Of a DNA stretch of 40,228 nt, positions 9,311 to 18,061 are shown one piece after another. A model generated the notes under the pieces. The model saw only the letters and a program-made list of their open reading frames with translations, did no database searches and was not told the origin of the DNA. Numbering within the stretch: the stretch's first letter is position 1; the number at the start of each line of letters is the position of its first letter. The DNA comes from Spirochaetota bacterium. Lineage in GTDB: Bacteria > Spirochaetota > UBA4802 > JAFGDQ01. The translations under genes were made by a program, and so were the position numbers. Location: assembly GCA_043803405.1 (NCBI GenBank), contig JAZDKB010000021.1, positions 1 to 40,228 of the forward strand. Direction: 5' to 3'.

Positions 9311-10348
9311 ATGCAAAGTATTTATTTATTACTGACAGCCATTACTGTCATGTCGTGTGTAATTTGGTATTTCTCGTTTACACGGTTTACTCACGAACGG
9401 TATCAGGTACTTTTTTGTTTTCCAACAGAAAAAAAAGAAAATTCATGGTCGGGATTCTGTATTACATGGTACGGCCTTATCATATCGCTGTCATTCACGT
9501 TCAGTTTTATCATATTTGTTTTTCTTATGGGTTCTTCAGGTATATCATATCTTTCTGTTGTGATTCCGGTTCTTATCTCTGTGGCCATAGGTGTACTGGC
9601 AAGCAAACTCCTTGCGGAACGGATCGAAAAGACTAAAGCGACGATCAGTGTTGCTGCCGCGATGTTTACATCTTTTTTGCTGATACCTCCTTCTTTTTTT
9701 ATTTATGGAAAGATATTTTCCGAAACGCCCATTCCAGTCATGATCGTTCTTTCATCCATCTCGATTGCATTCGCATTCGGAGAGGGCTATGGACGGATCG
9801 CGTGTATTTCATTCGGATGCTGCTATGGAAAACCTGTAGACAAGACAGGATGGTTTCTCCGAAGAATATTCCATCGGATGAATTTCACCTTCCGCGGCGG
9901 ATTGAAGAAAGCTTCATACGCTGGCAATCTTGAAGGCAGTCCGCTTGTTCCGATCCAGGGGATCACTTCAATTGTTAATGTTCTTACAGGAATAACCGGG
10001 ATCGTTTTGTATTATCATGGAAACTTTTCTTCAACATTGCTGACAGTCATAATTTCACTGTCAGCATGGAGGATACTTTCTGAACAGTTTAGAATTGACA
10101 ACAGGGGCAGCGGGAAAATATCGGCATATCAAATAATGTCCCTTTTTAATATCGGATATTCGGTATTTATTTCCGTAGCGCTGTATTCGGCGAATCCTTT
10201 ACTTCCGGATTTTGAAAAGGGAATAAATGCGGTTTTGAGCCGCGAAATCTTCCCCGTTTCAATTGTAATTTTTTCGATACTTCTAATCTTTTACGGCAAA
10301 AGCAAAGTGATTTTCCCAGAAATTAAACTGAAAGTCGGGAATAATTGA
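9311..10348 (+). CDS. Lgt (prolipoprotein diacylglyceryl transferase)-family membrane protein, atypical
   Basis: ITWYGL, GEGYGRIACISFGCCYG, PIQ and WRILSEQFR match Lgt-family motifs; multiple TM segments. Confidence 0.8.
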   Translation: MQSIYLLLTAITVMSCVIWYFSFTRFTHERYQVLFCFPTEKKENSWSGFCITWYGLIISLSFTFSFIIFVFLMGSSGISYLSVVIPVLISVAIGVLASKLLAERIEKTKATISVAAAMFTSFLLIPPSFFIYGKIFSETPIPVMIVLSSISIAFAFGEGYGRIACISFGCCYGKPVDKTGWFLRRIFHRMNFTFRGGLKKASYAGNLEGSPLVPIQGITSIVNVLTGITGIVLYYHGNFSSTLLTVIISLSAWRILSEQFRIDNRGSGKISAYQIMSLFNIGYSVFISVALYSANPLLPDFEKGINAVLSREIFPVSIVIFSILLIFYGKSKVIFPEIKLKVGNN

Positions 10349-10559
10349 TTTACTGGAATTAAATAACAGTAAAATCATAAATAAGTAATACAAATATTAT
10401 CAGTTTTTATTATACGTAAATATTTTATTGATTGATAGTAGCTTTATTTGTAATCTTTTTTATAGCAAAAGGGAATGATCGCCTCACCTGAAAATGATGA
10501 TTAACGGTGAAGAATAGCATTTTACTGAGGCACTTAATTTACCTTAAGAGGATACAACA

Positions 10560-12122
10560 ATGCGTAAACTTAATATTGCGGTAATTGAGGTTGCTGCCAA
10601 CTCTCCTACCCGTTCATGGTATGGTCGCGTTATGCGACCGAATCTTACCAGCATTATGCCACAGGTAATTGCTGTATGGTGCGAAGAAGAGGGTCATAAA
10701 GTTACCTTCACGTACTATTCCGGCTACGAAAACATGGGCGACGAACTGCCTGAACAACTTGACCTGGTTTTTATCGGAGCCTTCACGACTTCAGCTCAAG
10801 TCGCATATGCCCTGAGCGCATATTTCCAGTCAAATGGTGCCGTAACGGTACTTGGCGGGCCTCATGCCCGTGCTTATCCGACAGATGCACGAAAATACTT
10901 CGACTATGTTGTAGGTTTTACTGATAAGAATGTAATCGTGGATATTTTACAAGATTGTTCTCAATACCGTCCTACAGGTACATATCTCTCAGCAAATAGT
11001 CAACCAAGCTCGCTTCCCAGTCTTCGTCAGAGATGGAATCATACAAAAAAAATTTTAGAGAAAGCACGAATTGTCAAGATTGTTCCAATGCTCGGTAGCT
11101 TGGGTTGCCCGTATAATTGTAGTTTTTGTGTCGATTCTGTAGTAAAATATCAGCCGCTAAACTTTGATACTATCCGGGAGGATTTACGCTTTATTCGACA
11201 GGAAATGAAGCGACCGATAGTAGCCTGGCACGATCCAAATTTTGGTGTTCAATTTGATGAATACCTGAACCTCATCGAAGAGTCTGTCCCGCCAGGAAGC
11301 ATAACCTTTATAGCTGAAAGTTCGTTGTCCCTGTTGTCTGAAAAAAATGTTATCCGGCTTAAGAAGAATGGTTTTAAAGCAGTATTGCCAGGGATTGAAT
11401 CCTGGTACGAGATGGGCAACAAGTCAAGGACAGGCAGTAATACAGGGGAACAGAAAGTCCGCATGGTTTCCGAGCATGTTAATATGATTTTACGCTACCT
11501 TCCTTACCTTCAGGCCAATTTTGTCCTTGGCCTTGATTGTGATGAAGGGAATGAGCCGTTTGAATTGACGAAACTGTTTCTTGACTTGAGCCCGGCTGCA
11601 TTTCCGGCATTTTCGCTTTTCACGGCTTTCGGTAACAGTGCACCCATGAATTTGCAGTATCAAAAAGATGGCAGAATGATTGGTTTTCCGTTTCATTTTT
11701 TGAATAACAACGGTGTTATGAATGTTAAGCCAAAGAACTACGAATGGCGAGATTTTTATGGTAAATTAATCGGACTTTATCAACATGCATTTTCACACTC
11801 TCTGATTCTGAGACGGCTGAAATCGAACAGAGGTTGGATTCCGCGAGCAATGAATTTACTACGGGCGATTTCTCTTGAAGGCTGGGGCAAAATCGAATAT
11901 TATAAACGCTTAGTCCGCCTGCTGAATGAAGATGTCCAGGTTCGTCATTTTTTTGAACAGAAGACGATTAAAATTCCTCTCTATTTCGAAGAAATAATTC
12001 GAGCTACGCTGGGACCATTAGCGCAGTGGCTTCCACAGAAAGCGATGTATCATGATCCGTATGCCTACCTAAAATCAGAGGAAGAAGAAGTTACAACCGG
12101 GATAAATGGCGAAGTGTTGTAA
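10560..12122 (+). CDS. B12-binding-domain radical SAM protein
   Basis: VTVLGGPHA cobalamin-binding-type motif, GCPYNCSFC cluster motif, HDPNF, GIES, NFVLGLD. Confidence 0.88.
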   Translation: MRKLNIAVIEVAANSPTRSWYGRVMRPNLTSIMPQVIAVWCEEEGHKVTFTYYSGYENMGDELPEQLDLVFIGAFTTSAQVAYALSAYFQSNGAVTVLGGPHARAYPTDARKYFDYVVGFTDKNVIVDILQDCSQYRPTGTYLSANSQPSSLPSLRQRWNHTKKILEKARIVKIVPMLGSLGCPYNCSFCVDSVVKYQPLNFDTIREDLRFIRQEMKRPIVAWHDPNFGVQFDEYLNLIEESVPPGSITFIAESSLSLLSEKNVIRLKKNGFKAVLPGIESWYEMGNKSRTGSNTGEQKVRMVSEHVNMILRYLPYLQANFVLGLDCDEGNEPFELTKLFLDLSPAAFPAFSLFTAFGNSAPMNLQYQKDGRMIGFPFHFLNNNGVMNVKPKNYEWRDFYGKLIGLYQHAFSHSLILRRLKSNRGWIPRAMNLLRAISLEGWGKIEYYKRLVRLLNEDVQVRHFFEQKTIKIPLYFEEIIRATLGPLAQWLPQKAMYHDPYAYLKSEEEEVTTGINGEVL

Positions 12123-12133
12123 AATTTGTCGTC

Positions 12134-12453
12134 AGTGTATCTTGGCTTATACTGTAATCTTAAATCTGATTTATAAATATCAACAGTAGCAATTTAGCCA
12201 ACGGCTCTGCTAATTATTGAAACCGTAAACTACCGCAGAAGATACCGCAAACAATTACCAAACCGCGTACGTAGCTCCCGGTATTTGCATTGTAACGTCC
12301 GATAAGCACAGACACCCGGATAAGCAAACGCAGACGATCGCTCAGGAAAACGAACTAAACGCAAACAGCGCTGTACATGCAACAGCGTTGAAGAAGCACT
12401 GGCGAAAAAGCGCGGGGGAACAGAAAGGGCGGTGAAGAAGCAGGGGCGGATAC
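12134..12453 (+). repeat. Long intergenic repeat, copy A
   Basis: AGTGTATCTTGGC...GTAATCTTAAATCTGATTT...CGCAGAAGATA...GTACGTAGC...GCTCAGGAAAACGAA...AGCAGGGGCGGATAC. Hand alignment to copy B gives 18 mismatches over 194 nt with no gaps. Confidence 0.95.
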
Positions 12454-12502
12454 TCCGGAATCAAATAAATTACTTATTTCAATAAATAATTTGTTGTAAC
12501 AA

Positions 12503-12633
12503 TTTATAAGGTTGGCTTCAACGGATGCTTGTTCGCCCGTGGCGACGGTCGGTGTTGGGAGGTCAAAGTCTAATTGATTAGTTATCAAAGTCGGTTCCAG
12601 TACAAACAAGCACAGCTGAAGCTTCGGCTATAT
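12503..12633 (+). other. Degenerate attC-like imperfect inverted repeat
   Basis: GCTTCA (12515) and TGCTTGTT (12526) pair with AACAAGCA (12605) and TGAAGC (12617), with an extra base on the left arm. Flanks TTTATAAG and GCTATAT resemble degenerate R'' and R' boxes. Confidence 0.4.
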
Positions 12634-12659
12634 TTTTAATCATTTCTTAAACAGCGGAC

Positions 12660-14189
12660 CTAAGATACAGCATAAATATAATTAACACCGAGATTACGCG
12701 TCATACAATCGAATATTTCTTCTGCCCTATAGGGTTTACGGACAAAATCATCCATCCCTGCCGATAAGACTCTGTTTCGTTCCTCCTGAAATACCGAAGC
12801 GGAAAGAGCTATGATTTTCACTTCATTACCTCCCTCTGATTTTCGAATACGCTGAGTTGCTTCAAGTCCATCCATAACAGGCATGCGGACATCCATCCAA
12901 ATAAGGTGTGGATGCCATAAAAGATAAGTTTCTATACCGGCTGCGCCGTTTTCAGCTACACGCACCTGGAACCCGATACCTTCTAGTAAACGTCTCAACA
13001 GTAACCAGTTTTCCATCCGATCTTCGACGATTAGAATACGATATTCAGGCTGCCCGGATGCTATACCTATAATCCTCCGTTTAATTTTAGGTGCTCTAAT
13101 ATCATTTCCCTGAGCCCTGGCGACCGGTAACTCAATGTGGAAACAAGATCCTTTTCCGGAAGCGCTTTCAACAGATATCGAACCCCTCATCATTTCTATA
13201 TGTCTTTGGGTAATAGCCAATCCCAATCCGGTCCCCTTTTGATTGACCTGTTTACCTAACTGGACAAAAGGATCAAAAATTTGTTTTTGATCCTTAATCT
13301 CGATGCCTATCCCCGTGTCTTCAACTTCAATAATTAACAGGCAGTCATTCGATTTATCAATTGGCCTGGATTTCAGGCGAAGCAAAATACCTCCTTCCTC
13401 AGTGAACTTTACTGCATTCCCGATAAGATTAATAAGCACCTGCCGTAATTTAGCAGAATCTGCGCGGACAAAACGAGGAAATTCTGAGGATTGATCTAAT
13501 AGTAAACTCAAACCCTTTTCTTCAGCACGTATTCTCATTAATTCGGCAATATCCAGAATCATTTCACCAAGATCAAAGGGTTCCGTTTCAACAGCAATAT
13601 TCCCAGATTCGATCTTTGCCATATCCAATACATCATTAATCAGGTTTAACAAATGTTCCCCGCTTCGATTGATTATATCCAATGTCTTGCATTGATCTTC
13701 TGAAAGATTGTCATCATCGCGCATGAGAGCTGAAAATCCGAGAATTGCATTCAGGGGAGTCCGTAGTTCATGGCTCATGTTGGAAAGGAATATACTTTTG
13801 GCCTGGTTGGCTTTTTCAGCTGCTTCCTGCGCGCGTTTCGCGCGAATATTGGCACGGCGCATTGCTTCCGCAACCAGAGAAATCATTGTTCCGGTTATAA
13901 TAAAAACTACACCTCCAAGCCAGTCAGCGGAATTATTTATAAAAGGCTCGGCGACAAGAAGCGGCCATAAAAAAAGTGCAGTAATACACGACAGACATGT
14001 TGCGAACAGGCCGGCTAGAAGACCTCCATAGATTGCGGCAACCATTACGGCAGGATAAAATGTCAGCCAGACGAGTGTTGATTCAAGGGACTGTAACGGC
14101 CATATTCGCAAGACAGATGCTATAAATATTAATATTACGGGAACCACAGCCCGTTTCCAGATTGAAAGAATAATACGATTTACTACCAT
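12660..14189 (-). CDS. Hybrid sensor histidine kinase/response regulator (DUF4118-like membrane domain, HisKA, HATPase, REC)
   Basis: [36 protein letters not shown], and receiver motifs ILIVED and [11 protein letters not shown]. Confidence 0.95.
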   Translation of the reverse strand: MVVNRIILSIWKRAVVPVILIFIASVLRIWPLQSLESTLVWLTFYPAVMVAAIYGGLLAGLFATCLSCITALFLWPLLVAEPFINNSADWLGGVVFIITGTMISLVAEAMRRANIRAKRAQEAAEKANQAKSIFLSNMSHELRTPLNAILGFSALMRDDDNLSEDQCKTLDIINRSGEHLLNLINDVLDMAKIESGNIAVETEPFDLGEMILDIAELMRIRAEEKGLSLLLDQSSEFPRFVRADSAKLRQVLINLIGNAVKFTEEGGILLRLKSRPIDKSNDCLLIIEVEDTGIGIEIKDQKQIFDPFVQLGKQVNQKGTGLGLAITQRHIEMMRGSISVESASGKGSCFHIELPVARAQGNDIRAPKIKRRIIGIASGQPEYRILIVEDRMENWLLLRRLLEGIGFQVRVAENGAAGIETYLLWHPHLIWMDVRMPVMDGLEATQRIRKSEGGNEVKIIALSASVFQEERNRVLSAGMDDFVRKPYRAEEIFDCMTRNLGVNYIYAVS

Positions 14190-14473
14190 GCGAAGCCTCC
14201 CATAAGAACTGTTTAAAGTTATCTATTGGTTAGCTGACAATTCTGTTGATAGTTACTTATAAAACAAACAGCATTTATTAAGACAAAAAATTTTCTACAT
14301 AATTATATGCTATAAAACAATAAATACAAGGAATAATTTATTATTTTATGTATTATTTGATTTTTAATGACATATAGAATGCACAGGTTAAAATGTTATG
14401 GCGTCTGTCAGTTTCTCGGAATTGATTGAAAACGGTACCAGTTACAATGATTCGAATATGTTTGTTAAGTTAC

Positions 14474-14796
14474 CTTGGCTTTTACCCGTAATCTTAAATC
14501 TGATTTTTAAATATCAACAGTAGCATTTTAATCAGCGATTCTGATAATAAATGAAGCCGCAACTGCCTTCCACCTCCCGCAGAAGATAACGCGAACAATT
14601 AAAGAACCGTGTACGTAGCTCCCGGTATTTGCATTGTAACGTTCGATAAGCACAGACAACCGGATAAGCAACCGCAGACGGTCGCTCAGGAAAACGAAGT
14701 AAACGCAAACAGCTTTGTACAAGCAACAGCGATGAAGAAGCACGGGCGAAAAAGCGCAGGGGAGCAGAAAGGCGTTGGGATCAGCAGGGGCGGATA
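14474..14796 (+). repeat. Long intergenic repeat, copy B
   Basis: Same 5' block, core and AGCAGGGGCGGATA tail as copy A. Confidence 0.95.
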
Positions 14797-14949
14797 ACGT
14801 TTTTCTGTTGACGAACATTCCTATGTTTTATTTTCTCAATGGGCAATTAGAAGAAGTTATTGCATGCTTAGCTCTATGTTCTAACAACACAGAGCTAATT
14901 GTGAATGGAGCTGCCTTTTACCACAATCCCCTTTATGAGTTGTTGTGCT

Positions 14950-15423
14950 TTATGGTGCTGTAAATTTAGCCGACCAGACCCCGGTTTTAATTATGATCAC
15001 CTTGCTGCTTTGGAAGTCCTTTTTTGACTCGCTCCACTTACCATTGGCCAGGCTTTTACCATCGGGTGAAAGAATAGCGGTGTACGTTGTACCTCCGGTG
15101 CTGAACGAGACCTCCCGCTTGCCCGGCTCCCATTTGCATGGCGCCTCGACTCCACGTGAGGAATCTGCAGATTTCAATTCCAAACTGCAAATCGAATGAT
15201 ACTTGTCTGCATCAAAACGGTCCGTATCCAGTTTCTGGATCTCAAGAGTACCAGTCCAGACAACGCCCTTGTCATCCTTCCCTGTAAACTGCCATTTGCC
15301 CAGAGGAGGGCCGCTGCTTTCGACAGCCGGCTGTTGGCCAATACGAGGATCGGCATAGACTACTAGGTCTTGGACCATGTAATTGATGGTCATGATCAGA
15401 ATTGTTATAATAATGTGCTTCAT
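14950..15423 (-). CDS. Hypothetical secreted protein (predicted beta-rich)
   Basis: 157 aa, N-terminal hydrophobic signal, AGAGGA RBS, Trp/Gly-rich strands. Confidence 0.75.
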   Translation of the reverse strand: MKHIIITILIMTINYMVQDLVVYADPRIGQQPAVESSGPPLGKWQFTGKDDKGVVWTGTLEIQKLDTDRFDADKYHSICSLELKSADSSRGVEAPCKWEPGKREVSFSTGGTTYTAILSPDGKSLANGKWSESKKDFQSSKVIIIKTGVWSAKFTAP

Positions 15424-15664
15424 AGATATTTTCCTCTTTTGATTTAGTCTGCTCTATAAGAATATTCTTAATAATCAACACTTTAATTTTTTTTACTTAT
15501 GGGAATATGAATAAAATTGCTGTCCTCGTCAAAGCCTCCTTCTAAAATAATACTGTGAAAATACGGATTAAATCTTAAAAAATTGCTGTAAGACTGATAT
15601 GCCAATACAATGCTTGTGCGGATTTCTTTGCCTGTGTACCCGCCATGCAACTCAACCGCGCGTT

Positions 15665-16045
15665 AGTGTATCTTGGCTTTTACTGTAATCTTAAATCTGA
15701 TTTATAAATATCAACCGTAGCAATTTAGCCAACGGCTCTGCTAATTATTGAAACCGTAAACTACAGCAGAAGATACCGCGAACAATTAATAAATCTCGTA
15801 CGTAGCTCCTGATATTTGCATTGTAACGTTCGATAAGCACAGACAACCGGATAAGCAACCGCAGACGGTCGCTCAGGAAAACGAAGTAAACGCAAACAGC
15901 GTTGTACAAGCAACAGCGGTGAAAAAGCACGGACGAAAAAGCGCGGGGGTGCAGAAAGGCGTCGGGATCAGCAGGGGCGGTGAAGAAGCAGGGGCTTAAC
16001 CGGCTTGCTGAGCAAGATAAGAGGAATGCTGGCAGGGGCAACGGG
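15665..16045 (+). repeat. Long intergenic repeat, copy C (longest tail)
   Basis: 5' 115 nt differ from copy A at 3 positions; tail carries three GCAGGGGC motifs. Confidence 0.95.
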
Positions 16046-16145
16046 ATATAAATGATTTTTTTAACCGAAGGAGGAAGGACAGCTCTGCTCTGAATCGTTT
16101 GATACATTGCAGAGCTGATATTAAAATTATTGAAAACTAATAATG

Positions 16146-17975
16146 TTAATGCAGCGCACTGTTGTAGAAATAGAAGTCATCAATCAGGCCGTTGAAGTAA
16201 AACCAACTTACATTATTTGTACCCGTTGCATCCGGCATATACGCCCTCGATTGCGGGAAGCTGGTACCTATCTGGTTAATGCTCATAGCAAAGTGATTGA
16301 CCGTTCCTGTATTGATCCCTATCTGCGCCCCATCAAGATAAAGCGCGATAGAACCGGCTTTAGCAGAGAAATAAGCCGTATGCCAGTTCCCGTCATTGAC
16401 CGCTGAAGCGGAAATTACTTCAAGCGCCGCTGTCGTAAACAGCTCGCCTCTAAGCTTGCCATCAGAGCGGATGGTTAGAATGGGAACAAATTGAGTTATA
16501 ACAGGGATTAATGTGCCTATTGCAGTATTTTGATACCCGAAAAGGCTTCCATACTGTCCTGCTGTAGCTTTGAACCTAATCATTATGGTAAACGCTGATG
16601 CGCTATTCAGGACAGTGCTGTTCGGCAATGCTATATAACTCGATGTACCGTTTAATGAAGCATAATAGCCGCCATTGCCGTCTGAAACATAGGTAATATT
16701 GCTAGCTGTTCCGTTGTTGCCATTTCCCGACGAATCATTGCAGTTCTGTCCGTCAAAGTCATAGTGTATACGTAAATTAGCAGACAGCGTCCATACTGCG
16801 TATAAAGTAACGTTGGAACTGCCCATTGTATAGCTCTGCTTGTCATTATAGGCAACTCCGCCGGTAGAGGTTGTGGCCCATCCGGAAAATACATAGAGTG
16901 CTCTGGTATAAGTATTGGCAGATAGATTAGCTGAATCTCCTTCGGTAATGCTCTGATCAGCCATAGCCGCACCGGTTCCGCCGTTCGCGTTAAAAGTAAT
17001 TGTGAATGTGCCACCCGGAAGCTTGATTACAGTAAGATTGAATGGCTTGGAATCGTTAGCAGCGTTTTTTGTGATTGTAGCTGTCAGGGTTACGGACGCA
17101 TTACCAGCTGCAAAAGACGGTCTTGTTACTATGCCGCTTGTAGTTACTACTCCTGAATTTGTAGTTGCCCACGTAATGGTAGTACCGCTTGAACCGGTTG
17201 TAGGAAGAGTAACATTCTGGGTTACATTACCCGCGCTGTCGCCGGATCCATATGTTATGGCAAGTGCAGATTTATCGTCAGCTACAGCTTCGGAGTCTGT
17301 CTGGGCATTCTTAATAACAGTAAGATTGAATGTTTTTGTATCGCTGGCTAAGTTTTTTGTGATTGTAGCTGTCAGAGTTACTGACGCATTACCATCTGCA
17401 AAATCCGGTCGTGTTACTATTCCGCCGGTAGTAACTACGCCGGAATCTGTAGTTGCCCATGAAATGGTAGTACCGCTTGAACCAGTAGTGGGCAACGTAA
17501 CATTCTGAGTTACATTGCCCGCGCTGTCGCCGGATCCATATGTTATGGCTAGTGCAGCTTTGTCGTCAGCTACAGCCTGGGGATCTGCATCAGGATTTTT
17601 TATAATAGTAAGGTCGAACGTTTTGGTATTATCGCTGGCTAAGTTCTTCGTGATTGTAGCTGTCAGGGTTACGGACGCATTACCATCTAAAAAATCCGGC
17701 CGTGCTACTATACCGCCGATAGTGACAACGCCTGAATCTGTAGTTGCCCAGGTGATAGTAGTTCCGTTTGAACCGGTTGTGGGAAGTGTAATATTCTGTG
17801 TTACATTACCAGCGCTGTCACCTGATCCATAAGTTATTGTAAGGATTGCAAGGTCTGCCGCTACCGCCTCGGTGTCCGTCATTGGAGCAACAGGATTTTC
17901 CGGCTTCCCAATATCCGAACACGCCATACCGGCAAACAATATAAGTGATATTATTATTGAATGTAATTTTTTCAT
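16146..17975 (-). CDS. Surface lipoprotein: 3 Ig-like 96-aa repeats, InlB B-repeat (Listeria-Bacteroides repeat), LamG/ConA-like domain
   Basis: Lipobox FAGMAC; repeats ...ITYGSGDSAGNVTQN.TLPTTG..GTTI.WAT...; TITFNANGGTG...FSGWAT...TLYAVW; VNDGNWH...LYLDG...FNGLIDD. Confidence 0.88.
   Translation of the reverse strand: MKKLHSIIISLILFAGMACSDIGKPENPVAPMTDTEAVAADLAILTITYGSGDSAGNVTQNITLPTTGSNGTTITWATTDSGVVTIGGIVARPDFLDGNASVTLTATITKNLASDNTKTFDLTIIKNPDADPQAVADDKAALAITYGSGDSAGNVTQNVTLPTTGSSGTTISWATTDSGVVTTGGIVTRPDFADGNASVTLTATITKNLASDTKTFNLTVIKNAQTDSEAVADDKSALAITYGSGDSAGNVTQNVTLPTTGSSGTTITWATTNSGVVTTSGIVTRPSFAAGNASVTLTATITKNAANDSKPFNLTVIKLPGGTFTITFNANGGTGAAMADQSITEGDSANLSANTYTRALYVFSGWATTSTGGVAYNDKQSYTMGSSNVTLYAVWTLSANLRIHYDFDGQNCNDSSGNGNNGTASNITYVSDGNGGYYASLNGTSSYIALPNSTVLNSASAFTIMIRFKATAGQYGSLFGYQNTAIGTLIPVITQFVPILTIRSDGKLRGELFTTAALEVISASAVNDGNWHTAYFSAKAGSIALYLDGAQIGINTGTVNHFAMSINQIGTSFPQSRAYMPDATGTNNVSWFYFNGLIDDFYFYNSALH
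17025..17880 (-). repeat. Intragenic tandem repeats, ~288 bp x3
   Basis: Recurring nucleotide and peptide units encoding the Ig-like stalk. Confidence 0.9.
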
Positions 17976-18061
17976 AGTGATGTCTCCTTGAAATTTATAA
18001 GATACATATTACACATTGGTAAATATCTTCTGCTAAGCATGCTTCGACGATGAGAAGATGT

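Noticed and set aside
10468..10532. Possible fluoride riboswitch upstream of the radical SAM gene (GGGAATGA...; GCCTCA/TGAGGC stem)
   Set aside because: It lacks the 3' GCTGATGAC-type element and the matching pseudoknot; only a short inverted repeat is supportable.
14528..14818. Recurring ORFs over the long repeats (e.g. 14528-14818, 15745-16107, 23796-24089 minus; 14532-14726, 21673-21873 minus; 14609-14797, 22768-23010 plus) as a small-protein family
   Set aside because: There is no RBS-supported start shared by all copies. Each frame has a stop in some copy (TAG in A and D; TAA in F; TGA in the plus frame of F), substitutions are not clearly synonymous-biased in any one frame, and no family is recognisable. 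Treated as non-coding, although a decayed coding origin is not excluded.
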